This document shows, in pieces, positions 35,120 through 47,130 of a stretch of DNA of 51,621 nt. The notes under the pieces are model-generated. The model was not told the origin of the DNA, searched no databases, and saw only the letters and a program-made list of their open reading frames with translations. Each line of letters begins with the position of its first letter. Positions within the stretch are counted from its first letter, which is position 1. The DNA is from Octopus bimaculoides (Eukaryota), in NCBI RefSeq assembly GCF_001194135.2, contig NC_068996.1, forward strand, positions 40,070,870 to 40,122,490. Direction: 5' to 3'. The position numbers and the translations under genes were made by a program.

Positions 35120-35845
35120 TACTCATGGTCTTTGCAGGCCCTCTAAGACTGAGGCATAAATTGCTACAGTCTGATGACTTCAGGAAATACATATGCAGAG
35201 AAGGAATTCTTGAGGGCCGACGTTCTGAAAGGATGGAAGGCTGGTGGTGGGGCATTCGATGTAGGGGTCACTGTTGGGGTGAAGGGGCTGGACACAATAT
35301 GGTTGAGAAGAGGAGGGGAGGCAAACGAGCCAAGAGGTCAATCATCATCATCATCATCGTTTAAAGTCCATTTTCCATGCTGACATAAGATAGAGAGTTT
35401 AACATGGAGCTGGCCAGCCAGGTAGCTGTCCAGACACCAATTGTCTGTTGTGGTATGGTTTCTACAGCTATGGCTGGATGCCCTTCCAAATGCAAGACAA
35501 CTATAAAAAACAGAGACCAATGTAACAGTGGTATAAAAAATCAGAGAAAGGAAACAGAATGTCTGCAGGAAGAGGTTGGATCATAAAGTCACTCACAAGT
35601 TTATGAGAGACTTTATGCCAATCAGTTTAGTGGCCTGTCTGTGGATTCAGTCAAGGATGTCTGAATGTGTTTCCATAGATAGGAGCCATATATCACTGTG
35701 AGTCTCATGGGAGCCTCAGAGATGGTTAGCTAGTAGTTGGTAGATGAGGAGCTTCCAGGCTCTGAAAAGAAAGGCCAGTCTTCGAGATACAATGTTTGAG
35801 AAATCTTCAATGCAACAATAGTGAAATCTAGCATTTGAAACAATC
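35120..35845 (-). mobile_element. CR1/L2-like LINE 3' remnant, split by an RTE tail at 35340-35500
   Basis: SRRLAFLFRAWK...DILD*IHRQATKLIG and RTSALKNSFSAYVFPE resemble the post-RT C-terminus of CR1-group LINEs. Confidence 0.65.
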
Positions 35846-36302
35846 ATGACCGAGACCTTGACTACTGACCGAGACCTTTGGAAATGTGCTGTGCGTGAGA
35901 AGACCCGGCAAGCCAAGTGAGATCGTTGCCAGGGCCCCTGGACTGGCTCTTGTCCGGGTGGCACATAAGATGTACCATCCTGAGTGTGACCGTTGCCAGT
36001 ACCGCCTGACTGGCCTTGTAGGGTTTTCGAGCGAGATCGTTGCCAGTGCCCCTGGACTGGCTCTTGTGCGGGTGGCACATAAAAGACACCATTTCGAGCG
36101 TGGCCGTTTTCGTGCAGGTGACACGTAAAAGCACCCACTACACTCTCGGAGTGGTTGGCGTTAGGAAGGGCATCCAGCTGTAGAAACTCTGCCAAATTAG
36201 ATTGGAGCCTGGTGTAGCCATCCGATTTCACCAGTCCTCAGTCAAATCGTCCAACCCATGCTGGCATGGAAAGCGGACGTTAAACGATGATGATGATGAT
36301 GA
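35845..36302 (+). mobile_element. Young 5'-truncated RTE LINE 3' end
   Basis: TDRDLWKCAVREKTRQAK*, subrepeated UTR, ggacgttaaacgatgatgatgat tail; CpGs retained. Confidence 0.88.
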
Positions 36303-36809
36303 AGGACAATAAAGTTTTCTTGACATTTACAGTGATTGTGTTTTTATGCTTCTGAAAAAGACAAAGTCTCATTGTGATCATCGTTTAATGTCCACTTTCC
36401 ATGCTGGCAGTTTGACAGGAGCCAGCTAGGCAGAAGACAGCACCTGGCTTGTATCTGTTTCAGCATGGCTTTTACAACTGGATGCCCTTCCTAACACCAA
36501 CCACCCCACAGCTGGGACTGAGTGCTTTTTATGTGGCACAAGTACAGGCAAGGTCAGTTTTGACATGGTTTTTACAGCTGGATGCCCTTCAAAACGCCGA
36601 TCCCTTTACAGTGTGGACAGGACATTTTCAAGCTCTTTGTTCATGAAGCCAGTGCAAATTTGGCTTGAGACAACTAGGTTGTATATGGATAATGCTTGGA
36701 TACTGAAGATTATGGAAGGGTTGCATTATTTGTGTAGAAGTAAATATTACAGGAGGTGATGGGAAGTAGGTTATCAATTTATGCACTTTGGCCATCAATA
36801 TATGGATCA

Positions 36810-38400
36810 TATAGCTCAGTGTAGCAAGAAGTATGATTCCTAACCACATGGGTCTGGGTTCAGTCCCACTACATGGCACCTTGGGCAAGTGTCTTCTACT
36901 ATAGCCTCGGGCCAACCAAAGCCTTGTGAGTGCATTTGGTAGATGGAAACTGAAAGAAGCCTGTCGTATATATGTTATCGTTGATTTTTGGTGTCGCATG
37001 GCCAAAAGTTACCGTGAATTTTTTTAGAGACACTTTCAAATTTATCAGAATATTTGGGCTGAAGATTGGAATAGTGAAATTTCCATTCACTTAACCATGA
37101 AACGATTCGTATCCAATTAACTAAAGGCTTGGTTTGTTTACGCTTTTCCCTCCGGTTTTTTGTTCTATGTGTGCCATAAATATCGCCATCCACTTTNNNN
37201 NNNNNNNNNNNNNNNNNNNNNNNNNNNNNNNNNNNNNNNNNNNNNNNNNNNNNNNNNNNNNNNNNNNNNNNNNNNNNNNNNNNNNNNNNNNNNNNNNNNN
37301 NNNNNNNNNNNNNNNNNNNNNNNNNNNNNNNNNNNNNNNNNNNNNNNNNNNNNNNNNNNNNNNNNNNNNNNNNNNNNNNNNNNNNNNNNNNNNNNNNNNN
37401 NNNNNNNNNNNNNNNNNNNNNNNNNNNNNNNNNNNNNNNNNNNNNNNNNNNNNNNNNNNNNNNNNNNNNNNNNNNNNNNNNNNNNNNNNNNNNNNNNNNN
37501 NNNNNNNNNNNNNNNNNNNNNNNNNNNNNNNNNNNNNNNNNNNNNNNNNNNNNNNNNNNNNNNNNNNNNNNNNNNNNNNNNNNNNNNNNNNNNNNNNNNN
37601 NNNNNNNNNNNNNNNNNNNNNNNNNNNNNNNNNNNNNNNNNNNNNNNNNNNNNNNNNNNNNNNNNNNNNNNNNNNNNNNNNNNNNNNNNNNNNNNNNNNN
37701 NNNNNNNNNNNNNNNNNNNNNNNNNNNNNNNNNNNNNNNNNNNNNNNNNNNNNNNNNNNNNNNNNNNNNNNNNNNNNNNNNNNNNNNNNNNNNNNNNNNN
37801 NNNNNNNNNNNNNNNNNNNNNNNNNNNNNNNNNNNNNNNNNNNNNNNNNNNNNNNNNNNNNNNNNNNNNNNNNNNNNNNNNNNNNNNNNNNNNNNNNNNN
37901 NNNNNNNNNNNNNNNNNNNNNNNNNNNNNNNNNNNNNNNNNNNNNNNNNNNNNNNNNNNNNNNNNNNNNNNNNNNNNNNNNNNNNNNNNNNNNNNNNNNN
38001 NNNNNNNNNNNNNNNNNNNNNNNNNNNNNNNNNNNNNNNNNNNNNNNNNNNNNNNNNNNNNNNNNNNNNNNNNNNNNNNNNNNNNNNNNNNNNNNNNNNN
38101 NNNNNNNNNNNNNNNNNNNNNNNNNNNNNNNNNNNNNNNNNNNNNNNNNNNNNNNNNNNNNNNNNNNNNNNNNNNNNNNNNNNNNNNTATGTGTGTGTAT
38201 ATGTTTGTATGTCTGTTTGTCCCCCAACATCGCTTGACAACCGGTGCTGGCGTGTTTACATCCCCGTAACTTAGTGGTTCGGCAAAAGACACCAATAGAA
38301 TAAGTACTAGGCTTACAAAGAATAAGTCCTGCGGTCGATTTGCTCGACTAAAGGTGGTGCTCCAGCATGGCCACAGTCAAATGACTGAAATAAGTAAAAG
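36810..38400 (+). mobile_element. S1 SINE split at its internal microsatellite by an unknown insert and a gap
   Basis: 5' half 36810-36970, unrelated sequence 36973-37196, gap, 3' half 38189-38400. Confidence 0.75.
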
Positions 38401-38524
38401 AGTATTTATATACTATAAAAGTTATTAGATGTAAAAAGGGTGTTACTTCTACTGCACCATGTGTGTATGTATGTATGTACGTACGTATGTATGTATATAT
38501 TGGTACACACACACACACACACAT

Positions 38525-38680
38525 ATACGATGGGCTTCTTTCAGTTTCCATCTACCAAATCCACTCACAAGGCTTTGGTCAGCCCGAGGCTGTGGTAGAA
38601 GACACTTGCCCAAGGTGCTACGCAGTGGGAGTGAACCTGGAACCATGTGGTTGGGAAGCAAACTTCTTACCACATAGTCA
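38525..38680 (-). mobile_element. S1 SINE 5' half
   Basis: Reverse-complement head and core. Confidence 0.8.
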
Positions 38681-38761
38681 TGCCTTGCCAAAGATTTACA
38701 AATGTCTGCAAATGACAAGTCAAATTTTTTTATATAAATCTTCAATTTTCATAAGAGACAG

Positions 38762-38978
38762 GTAGACGAGTTGGCAGAAACTTTAGCATGCCGGGCAAAA
38801 TGCTTTGCGTCATTTCGTCTGCCGTTATGTTCTGAGTTCAAATTCCGCCAAGGTCAACTTTGCCTTTCATCCTTTCGGGGGTCAATAAATTAAGTACCAG
38901 TTACGCACTGGAGTCGATATAATCAATTTAATCCCTTTGTCCTTGTTTGTCCCCTTGTGGTCAATAAAGAAATAAGAA
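38762..38978 (+). mobile_element. S2 SINE
   Basis: gacgagttggcagaaac...aaagaaataagaa. Confidence 0.85.
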
Positions 38979-39081
38979 AGAGGATAAATACTCGCTCTAT
39001 GTACTTTACAACAATTCTATGGCTTGGATTTTTAAAATTGTATGCTCTGGCTTTGAGAATGAAGAGTCATATCAACTAGAT

Positions 39082-39375
39082 TGGGGGTTTTCAAACTGTG
39101 GTCCACGGACCACAGGGGGTCTGCAAGGAGAAGACAGGGGGTCCGTGGACAGCAAATACTTTTTATGGGCAATTTGATTTTATATGTTTTTTAATCGAAA
39201 TCTTTTAATTGACAATAAACCTATTTGTTAAATACTGTTAAATAAATAAATGTAAAAAATATGTTATTTTAAGCAAATATTTATGTATAAATTTCATAAG
39301 CGTTTATAAGGGGGTCCCTAAGGTAAAGCCTGAAATATAAAGGGGTCCGCAAGTCAAAAAGTTTGAAAACCCCTG
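39082..39375. mobile_element. hAT-type MITE with 8-bp TSD
   Basis: TSD aactagat at 39074-39081 and 39376-39383; TIRs tgggggttttcaaact / agtttgaaaacccctg. Confidence 0.9.
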
Positions 39376-39569
39376 AACTAGATTACCTTTGATCACAGGT
39401 CTTCAGAGATCTGCTCAATCAGCGTCAACATAAATACATTATGAAATTAGAAATATTTTACTAAACCATTCCAAGATTTTTAAAATAAAGTAAAAGAAAT
39501 ATACACAGCCCACTTCTTAGTGATTAAAGTTGCTGACTTTAACGAATTAAGAATTAAGTGAGTCATGAA

Positions 39570-40650
39570 TAAGCCCCTATAATTGGCATTTGTTGACCTA
39601 AAGAAAGCCTTTAACAGAATAACCTGTTCTGTTATTTAGAAATCACTCAGGAAGCATGGAATAGGTAAATGGCTTGTGAGCACTTTAAAGACTTTGTACA
39701 GAGGTGGAGTCATCAAAGATTATAGTAATGACTTTAGTATGAATATGGGAGTGCACCAGGGCTCACTCCTCTACTTGCTTCTGTTTATTATAGTCCATCA
39801 AGTCATAACAGAGAAGTTCATGACTAACTACCTATGGAAACTCCTATATGCTGATACTCAAATTCTTACAGCTTAATAAGTTGTGAAATTAGAAAAGAAA
39901 TTGCAGGCATAGAAACAATATTTAGGAAGGCAATTTAGCAGACAAAAGCATTAAAAAGTAGAAGAGAGAATAGGGCCCTGCTAACATTAGTGAAAGAGAC
40001 ATGCTTGAGATGTAGGAAAGGAATGCATAGGGATTCTGTATTGTGTACACTGTGTAAACTATGAACAAACAAAAGGTAGAATCACAGGTAAACTAACAGA
40101 AGAGATAGACTTCATGTGCCACCTGATTGGCTTCCATGCCCGTGGCACATAAAAAGCACCCACTACACTCTCGGAGGGGTTGGCATTAGGAAGGGCATCC
40201 AGCTGTAGAAACCTTGCCTGATCAGATTGGAGCTTGGGACAGCCTTCCAGCCCTCAGTCAAAGCATCCAACCCATGCCAGCATGGAAAGTGGACGTTAAA
40301 TAACAATGAGGATGATGTGGAAGGTGTACAGGAGTACTAAATACTAAGAACTGTTGTAAAACAGACTTTCTCAAATGCCCTGATGAACCCCTAGAAATAG
40401 CTGGTATCTTTGGTTATGTAAGGGATCTAATTAGCAGTAGGGGTACGTAATCTGAAAGTATATTAACCAGAGTAAGAACAAGTTACAGAAAGTTAAGGAA
40501 GTTATATTTATCTCTACTGGAAACAAAAAGCTTTTCCTTCAAAGTGAAGGACAGACGGTTTTGTGCTTGTGTGCAAAGTGTAACGCTGCATGATAGTGAA
40601 ACATGGGCTTTAAATGCGTAAAGGATGTATGTGCTAACAGTGAGAACGAC
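39570..40650 (+). mobile_element. RTE-clade LINE reverse-transcriptase pseudogene fragment
   Basis: AFVDLKKAFNR...GVHQGSLL..LLFIIV...WKLLYADT; Cys-rich segment; ETWA motif. Interrupted by an RTE tail at 40120-40310. Confidence 0.88.
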
Positions 40651-40768
40651 CCTTGATTGTAATTTAGATGCATATACAGTGTATGAAGAGAAACATAAGA
40701 GGACAAAAGCCATTCAAAGAACCCTAGGTGATGGAAGTGCAGCATAACAAAGCTATTATTTGATTTAA

Positions 40769-40970
40769 CCCTTTAGCATTTAAACCGGCCAAAAGTATTT
40801 TATGTTCAAACTGGCCAGATCTGGTCTCTCATACCAACCCTACAATATTGTTTTAAAAATTAACAGCTACCTCATCAAAATCTCATAGCTACAAGATAAT
40901 GTATGATTAGTTCAAAACAATGTAGATGAAAAAGCATTAATTTTGGCAGAATAATGCGAACACTAAAGGG
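40769..40970 (+). mobile_element. piggyBac-like MITE
   Basis: TTAA|CCCTTTAGCATT ... CACTAAAGGG|TTAA; TTAA at 40765-40768 and 40971-40974. Confidence 0.88.
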
Positions 40971-41184
40971 TTAAGTGCCAGTGCCACTTAAAAAAGTACC
41001 TGTGTCAGTGCTGTGTTAATGCACCTGTGCCGGTGCTCTGTAAATGCACCTGTGCTGGTGGCACATAAAAAGCACTCAGCACACTTTGTTAAGGGCATCT
41101 GGCCACAGAAACCACATTCCACTCGAGTGGATTTTCAGCTTTAAGAAAATGAATGCACACACACACACACAAAATTGTCTTTAC

Positions 41185-41693
41185 CTGGAATATAAATCCT
41201 TTTGGATTCCATCATAAGAATCTTCCTTACTAGACTCATCGCAGAAAGATTCTTCATGGGATTCACTGGTAAGTGTTCTATCATTTGCAGTATATACAAG
41301 GCTAGTTCCACTTGCTTCAAATGTATCTGAATAGATTACATCACTGCTAGAATTCAAAGAATTAACTGAAGATTTGCATGTATTCTTTTGATCAGTCTCA
41401 TCTGCATCAGAAGAACTAACAAATGTGTCTGAATAAGTGATGTCAGAGATATCAGAATTGTCAGTGTGTAGCGTTTTGGTTGATGAATCAGACCCAGGAA
41501 CAGTGATATCATCTGCACTGATGTTTGAAGAGTTATTTGAATCCGTAATGGGATTTTCCTTGAAACTGCCATTGTTGATATTGTCATCTTCTTCATTACT
41601 TGAAGACAGGCTCTCAAATGAATCGGAATAAAGAGGGTCAGAAGAATGCACATCTGATGAAGATTCACCACATTCTGGTGAATGCAGTGACAT
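41185..41693 (-). CDS. First coding exon of an uncharacterised Ser/Asp-rich protein (exon starts at 41760 with a 67-nt 5' UTR)
   Basis: 169 codons + 2 nt open in non-repeat DNA; acceptor cattttcttttcag| at 41761, donor TCCAG|gtaaag at 41184; in-frame upstream TAA supports this ATG; motif YSD[ST]F occurs 3 times. Confidence 0.78.
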
Positions 41694-42419
41694 GATAGCT
41701 ACTCTGTAGAAGTTAGCATACTCTAAAGTTTATACAGCCTTCATTCTATCTTGGATCAACCTGAAAAGAAAATGCTGAAGTGTCAATAAATAATAGACTT
41801 AAAAACAAAAGAAGTCAATTAGGTTTGAAATGTGAGATTTTTTTTCTTTCCTTTAAGAAATGGAGTAAACATTTATTATATCTATACTTTGCTCAAAGTT
41901 ATTTATTTTAAAAAGTCAGTTTTGGAACATATTTTGACACAGCAGTGGAGGTAAAGAGGTTGACTGAAGAATATATTGTGCAACATGACTGTAAATACTT
42001 TTAATCAGAAGTCTGCTCAGTTAGCTAACATGAATCAAAACAACAACTACTGTATGCACAAACACAGATAAATACAAACATGGAGATCATCATCATCATC
42101 GTTTAACGTCCGCTTTCCATGCTAGCATGGGTTGGACGATTTGACTGAGGACTGGTGAAACCAGATGGCTACACCAGGCTCCAATCTGATTTGACAGAGT
42201 TTCTACAGCTGGATACCCTTCCTAACGCCAACCACTCAGAGAGTGTAGTGGGTGCTTTTACGTGCCACTGGCACGAAAACCAGTCAGGAGGTGACGATAC
42301 AATGGGTCATAATCAGTGTTTAGAGTGGCACAGACGCTTCGGTCTGTCTCTCAATGCAAAGAAAAACAGAAGACGTAATACTTGATTTAATAGACTAAAA
42401 AACTGTTAACACAGAATTT

Positions 42420-42682
42420 GTTAAAGTGAGAGAAAGTTAGGGGCCTCGTTATAGGGGGTTGATTGAGGACTTTTCTTTTGGGTGTTGCCCAAAAGCATTT
42501 TTGTGTGTTGCACTCTAGGGAGCAGGTAAGGCTCACCTAGTAGGTCCGGTAACTCCTATTCTAGTAAGAGTTGACTCTTTTTTTCCTTGACTGTTGCCCG
42601 AAAAACCGTTGTACCGGTTCTTTTGGAGTCGGCTCGGCTAGAAAGGGTGTTACCCGGGCAACACCCCTGCATCCGCCACTGC
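42420..42682 (-). mobile_element. GC-rich DNA-transposon end (cagtggcggatgcagggg terminus)
   Basis: Terminus plus near-palindrome gggtgttacccgggcaacaccc. Second terminus not found. Confidence 0.45.
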
Positions 42683-43779
42683 GTTATATTCTTTGTGTTG
42701 TAAAGAAATAGAAAAGCTTTAATACAATATACATCAGTGCGCAATATAAAATTATTAGATTAAAAGAATGAGTAAATTTACTTCCCTTTTTGATAGAGTA
42801 TTATTCCACAGTCGTACTAGTAACACAGTACTGCAATTATTATTAATCATTCCTCCAGTATGTGTGAAAGAGAGAGAGAGACAGACGGTTCTTTGTAAAG
42901 GCCGTCTACCAAAAATTCTACTCGAAAGATATTGATCAACTCCGAGGCTATAACAGAAGACGCTTGTCCAAGGTGCTACGCAGTGAAATCGAACCAAGAA
43001 CCACGTAGTTGTAAAGCGAATCACTTAACTATACTGCAAGTCTGCACCCATGGCTATAATTACATTTGTAAAAATTTGTATGGGGTAAAAACAACAGAAT
43101 AAAAAAGGGAATAAATCACTTTCTTTTGTTTATGTGACTGAGGTTATTGATAAATTGCTTAATATAGCTAATGCAACATACAATGCAGTTTTGTGACATA
43201 CATACCTTACCAAAATTGATTTTGTAATTTCAGTGTTAATATTGTCCAGCCACAATAATACGTCAAAAGAATATTAACGTTATATAGACATTAAATATAA
43301 ATACAAATACTCTGTTTGGTAAACAAACCGTACAGTATTTTATATAATTTTTATCCACTTACCCTATAATGCAAAAATCTTTAGAATGATATGAATGATA
43401 GACAGGTAAAATAATTATGCCGATAAGTATAGTATAACAACACGTGTTCGATGTAAACAACAATGACTATATCATGGGATATTACCCTAGTTACCAAAAT
43501 GTATGTAAACAAATTCGTGATATTTATGCACAATTTATAAAGAGAAAAATACAAAGAATCTCTAAATTGTCATTGTTCTACCCTCCGTAATCATAATATA
43601 GGCGATTTCTTCAAGGTTTTTGATTTAAAATTCTACTGTTTAGTCTTTTTTAACAATATTTTATCTAAGAAAACGTTTGTGTATGTCTTATAAAATACAA
43701 GGGATTCTTTACGTGTGTCACCGCTGTCAAGTCAGCTGTAAACAAGGAGAAATTGTCATGACACTTTTTCATCAAGAAA

Positions 43780-44030
43780 CTTCATAATTTGAGTGTTACC
43801 GAAACAAACGAACGAAAGTAAAATAAATGGTAATATTTCGATAAAAGTCTATGACGTCATGAGTGAGTGCTTTACATTGTGTTTCATCTGTTCGACAAAG
43901 CCGAACAGTGAAAAACACACTCGTGACTGAGTCATATACTAATACCGAATCATTGCGAAATAACTTAAGAGACAATAATAAAGCGGTTTTAATTTGTTTG
44001 GCAATTAGCGGAAGAAATGGCTCTTTTTTT
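43780..44030. promoter_or_regulatory. Promoter-like region with CRE palindrome and ETS-like site
   Basis: ATGACGTCAT at 43851-43860, gcggaagaaatggc near 44007, CpG enrichment; about 2 kb upstream of the 41760 exon; candidate minus-strand donor CAC|gtaaag at 43712. Confidence 0.45.
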
Positions 44031-44575
44031 CAAAGGCATTTGGGCTTCATATACGCTACATTCTAACATAGTAGGGGTGGGGAACAAAATCAGTAACCGG
44101 GGTAAAAATTAGTAATTTCTAATTTCTTGTTATTTTCTCCTTACCTTCTTTGAAATCATTACAAGTATTGCATTACCACTTTGTACTGTTGCATCATCTT
44201 TAGGAGTAAAAATTGGTCAGCAGAGTTGTTACTTTTGAAGTTGAGGGTGTCCAAAACAGTCAGGTGACAGAAACTTTTTGTTTTTTCAAGAAATTTTTCC
44301 TCAACTTTGACCCGATTGTAACTGAGGTTACTAATAAAATATCTGGATAATTTTTTTGGTCTTTAACAATCAATATTCTTTTCTCTGTTGGATTTCAAGT
44401 CGATTTTACCCATCACTAATGTCTAATTTGATAATTTTCAACTTTTCATAAAATTATGTCTAAGATAGAATAAGGAAGGGAGAGAGAAAGAGATGAAAGG
44501 AGAAGAAACATTACAATTTATTAATTGAACATGACTGGCACATTTTCCCCTCTCCTCAGATTCGTAAAGAGAAAT

Positions 44576-44953
44576 TGTTGGCATTCCGTCGCTTACGACG
44601 TCGAGGGTTCCAGTTGATCCGATCAACAGAACAGCCTGCTCGTGAAATTAACGTGCAAGTGGCTGAGCACTCCACAGGCACGTGTACCCTTAACGTAGTT
44701 CTCGGGGATATTCAGCGTGACACAGTGTGACAAGGCTGACCCTTTGAAATACAGAAACAGGAAGTAAGATGAGAGAAAGTTGTGGTGGAAGAGTACAGCA
44801 GGGTTCGCCACCAGTTCCTGCCGGAGCCTTGTAGAACTTTAGGTGTTTTCACTCAATAAACACTCACAACGCCTGGTCTGGGAATCAAAACCGCGATCCT
44901 ATGACCGCGAGTCCGCTGCCCTAACCACTAGGCCATTTATTTCGCCTCCACTA
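44576..44953 (-). mobile_element. S3 SINE with 10-bp TSD
   Basis: TSD aaagagaaat at 44566-44575 and 44954-44963. Confidence 0.9.
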
Positions 44954-45324
44954 AAAGAGAAATAAGCTCGCATATAAATAGGGAGAGAGAAGATAAAAGA
45001 GAGAGAAGGGGGGAAAGGGAAAGAGGAACATTGTAATATGAGATAATATGAGAAACATAAAAATACCTAATGTCAAATAAGTCAGCAACGCCAAATTGGC
45101 GGCACCAAAATGTCTCATATCTAAGTAATGTTCACAGGCATTGGAATAAACGAAAACAACACCAAAGCAATACAAGAATGCTTCATTGCCAACAACTGGC
45201 ATGTGCTAATTATGTTTAGCACAAAGATAAAAAAAATACCCCAAAAAGACAGTACCTCTTATCTTCAGAAAAAGAGTCAATGCACAGCATGATAATGCAA
45301 AGCTATACTCAGGAGTATAGAACA

Positions 45325-45512
45325 TTTACCCCCCCCCCCCNNNNNNNNNNNNNNNNNNNNNNNNNCCCCCGGACAATTACCCCTGAGGACAACAGATGAT
45401 GATTTAAAACTTCTTAATATATTGGAGAGTGGGTAATTAACCAAGGGGGGTAATTGTCCTAGGGGGTAGTTGTTGGGGGGAATTGTCCTTTGGAAGGGGT
45501 AATTGTTCTGAT
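45325..45512. mobile_element. Foldback MITE-like element of ggacaattacccc subrepeats
   Basis: Left ccccggacaattacccctgaggacaac; right has several inverted copies (gggggtaattgtcc, ggggaattgtcc, ggggtaattgttc). Confidence 0.6.
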
Positions 45513-45720
45513 ATGGTATTCAGTGATGGTCATTTATGGAAAGTCTTAAGGCTGGTAATTTTTACTTCACCCATCCTATTCACCAGACTTAGCTTCATTA
45601 GATATCTCCTCACTTGGGTCATTTGAACAAAGCATTCATAAATTATGAAGATGTTGATATGATGCTCAAGTTCCTTACCTCTTCTAAAATAACTTTTTTT
45701 TTTCTGTAGAATCTACAAAC

Positions 45721-45991
45721 TGATAGAATCAAGATTTTCTTCTACAAACTTCAGTAGAATCAAGTTTCTCATCTACAAACTTTGGTAGAATGTAGCTTCT
45801 CATCTACAAATTTTGGTAGAATTTAGTTTTTCCTCTACAGACTTCAGTAGCATCTAGTTTCTCATCTACAAACTTTGGTAGTATCTAGCTTCTAATTTTC
45901 AAATTTTGGTAGAATCTAACTTCTCATCTACAAACTTTGGTAGAATCTAATTTTTCATCTGCAAACATCGGTAGAACCTAGTTTCTCATTT
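45721..45991. repeat. 31-bp minisatellite, about 9 units
   Basis: Consensus tttggtagaatctagtttctcatctacaaac; contiguous units with no spacers. Confidence 0.92.
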
Positions 45992-46477
45992 TAAGGTGCA
46001 GGAATGGTAGTATGGTTATGAAACTCGCTTTGCAATTACATTGTTTCATCTTTCAGTCCCACTACACGGCACTTTGGTCAAGTGTCTTCTACTAAGCCCT
46101 GCCACTTGACGACTGGTGTTGGTTTGTTTACATTCTCATAACTTAGCGATACAGAAAAAAGTGTTTGACAGAATAAATAACAGACTTATAAAATAAATAA
46201 ATGAATCATAAGAATTGGGATTAATTTGTTTGACTAAACCCATCAAGGTGGTGCCCTAGCAAGGCCACAATCCAATGGCTGAAACAAAACTTGTTTCATT
46301 ATGGGCAAATATCATTGCTTACGGTGGCACACATGCTTTCAATTAATATTTCCAGTATATTTTGTATTGAATTGGTGGAAATATCTCACGAAGTATTCAA
46401 CACTACTGCCTAAAAGATAGAAGTCAGGCAGTGATGGCCAATAAAGGAGACAATACCCTTCAACACCCTAACATGTA

Positions 46478-47130
46478 CTCTTTTACTTGTTTCAGTCATT
46501 TGACTGTGGCCAGGCTGGAGTACCGCCTTTAGTCAAACAAATCGACCCCAGGATTTATTCTTTGTAGGCTTAGTACTTATTCTTTTGCTGGACCGCTAAG
46601 TTATGTGGACGTAAATGCACCAACATTCATTGTCAAGCGATGGTGGGGGGACAAACACACACACGTATANNNNNNNNNNNNNNNNNNNNNNNNNNNNNNN
46701 NNNNNNNNNNNNNNNNNNNNNNNNNNNNNNNNNNNNNNNNNNNNNNNNNNNNNNNNNNNNNNNNNNNNNNNNNNNNNNNNNNNNNNNNNNNNNNNNNNNN
46801 NNNNNNNNNNNNNNNNNNNNNNNNNNNNNNNNNNNNNNNNNNNNNNNNNNNNNNNNNNNNNNNNNNNCCAACATGGCAGTCCCAAAATTAGGACGAAAGC
46901 TGCCTTTCGTCCTAATTTTGGGACTGCCATGTTGGCTTGGCGATAACTATTAATATATATGTATATATATGTACATAGAAATGAGGGGCTTCTTTCAGCT
47001 TCCGTCTACAAAATCCACTCACAAGGCTTTGGTTGGCTCGTGGCTAAAGTAGAAGACATTTGCCCAAGGTTCCACACAGTGGAACTGAACCTGGAACCAT
47101 GTGGTTGGTAAACGAGCTTCTTACCACACA
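46478..47130 (-). mobile_element. S1 SINE spanning a gap and a palindrome
   Basis: 3' half 46478-46668, 5' half 46980-47130. Confidence 0.75.
46868..46935. repeat. Perfect 32-bp inverted repeat with 4-nt loop
   Basis: ccaacatggcagtcccaaaattaggacgaaag-ctgc-ctttcgtcctaattttgggactgccatgttgg. Confidence 0.95.

Noticed and set aside
35168-35195. Hammerhead at ctgatgacttcaggaaa
   Set aside because: Only a 1-bp stem II and no stem I; lies within the CR1-like remnant.
44144-44420. Minus-strand coding exon ending at AAG|gtaagg
   Set aside because: All frames contain stops, and the region has degenerate inverted termini (ggggtaaaa / ttttaccc) suggesting an old MITE. It could still be a UTR exon.
45721-45991. 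CRISPR-like array (palindromic ~31-bp repeats)
   Set aside because: Units are contiguous with no unique spacers, there are no cas genes, and the context is eukaryotic; it is a minisatellite.
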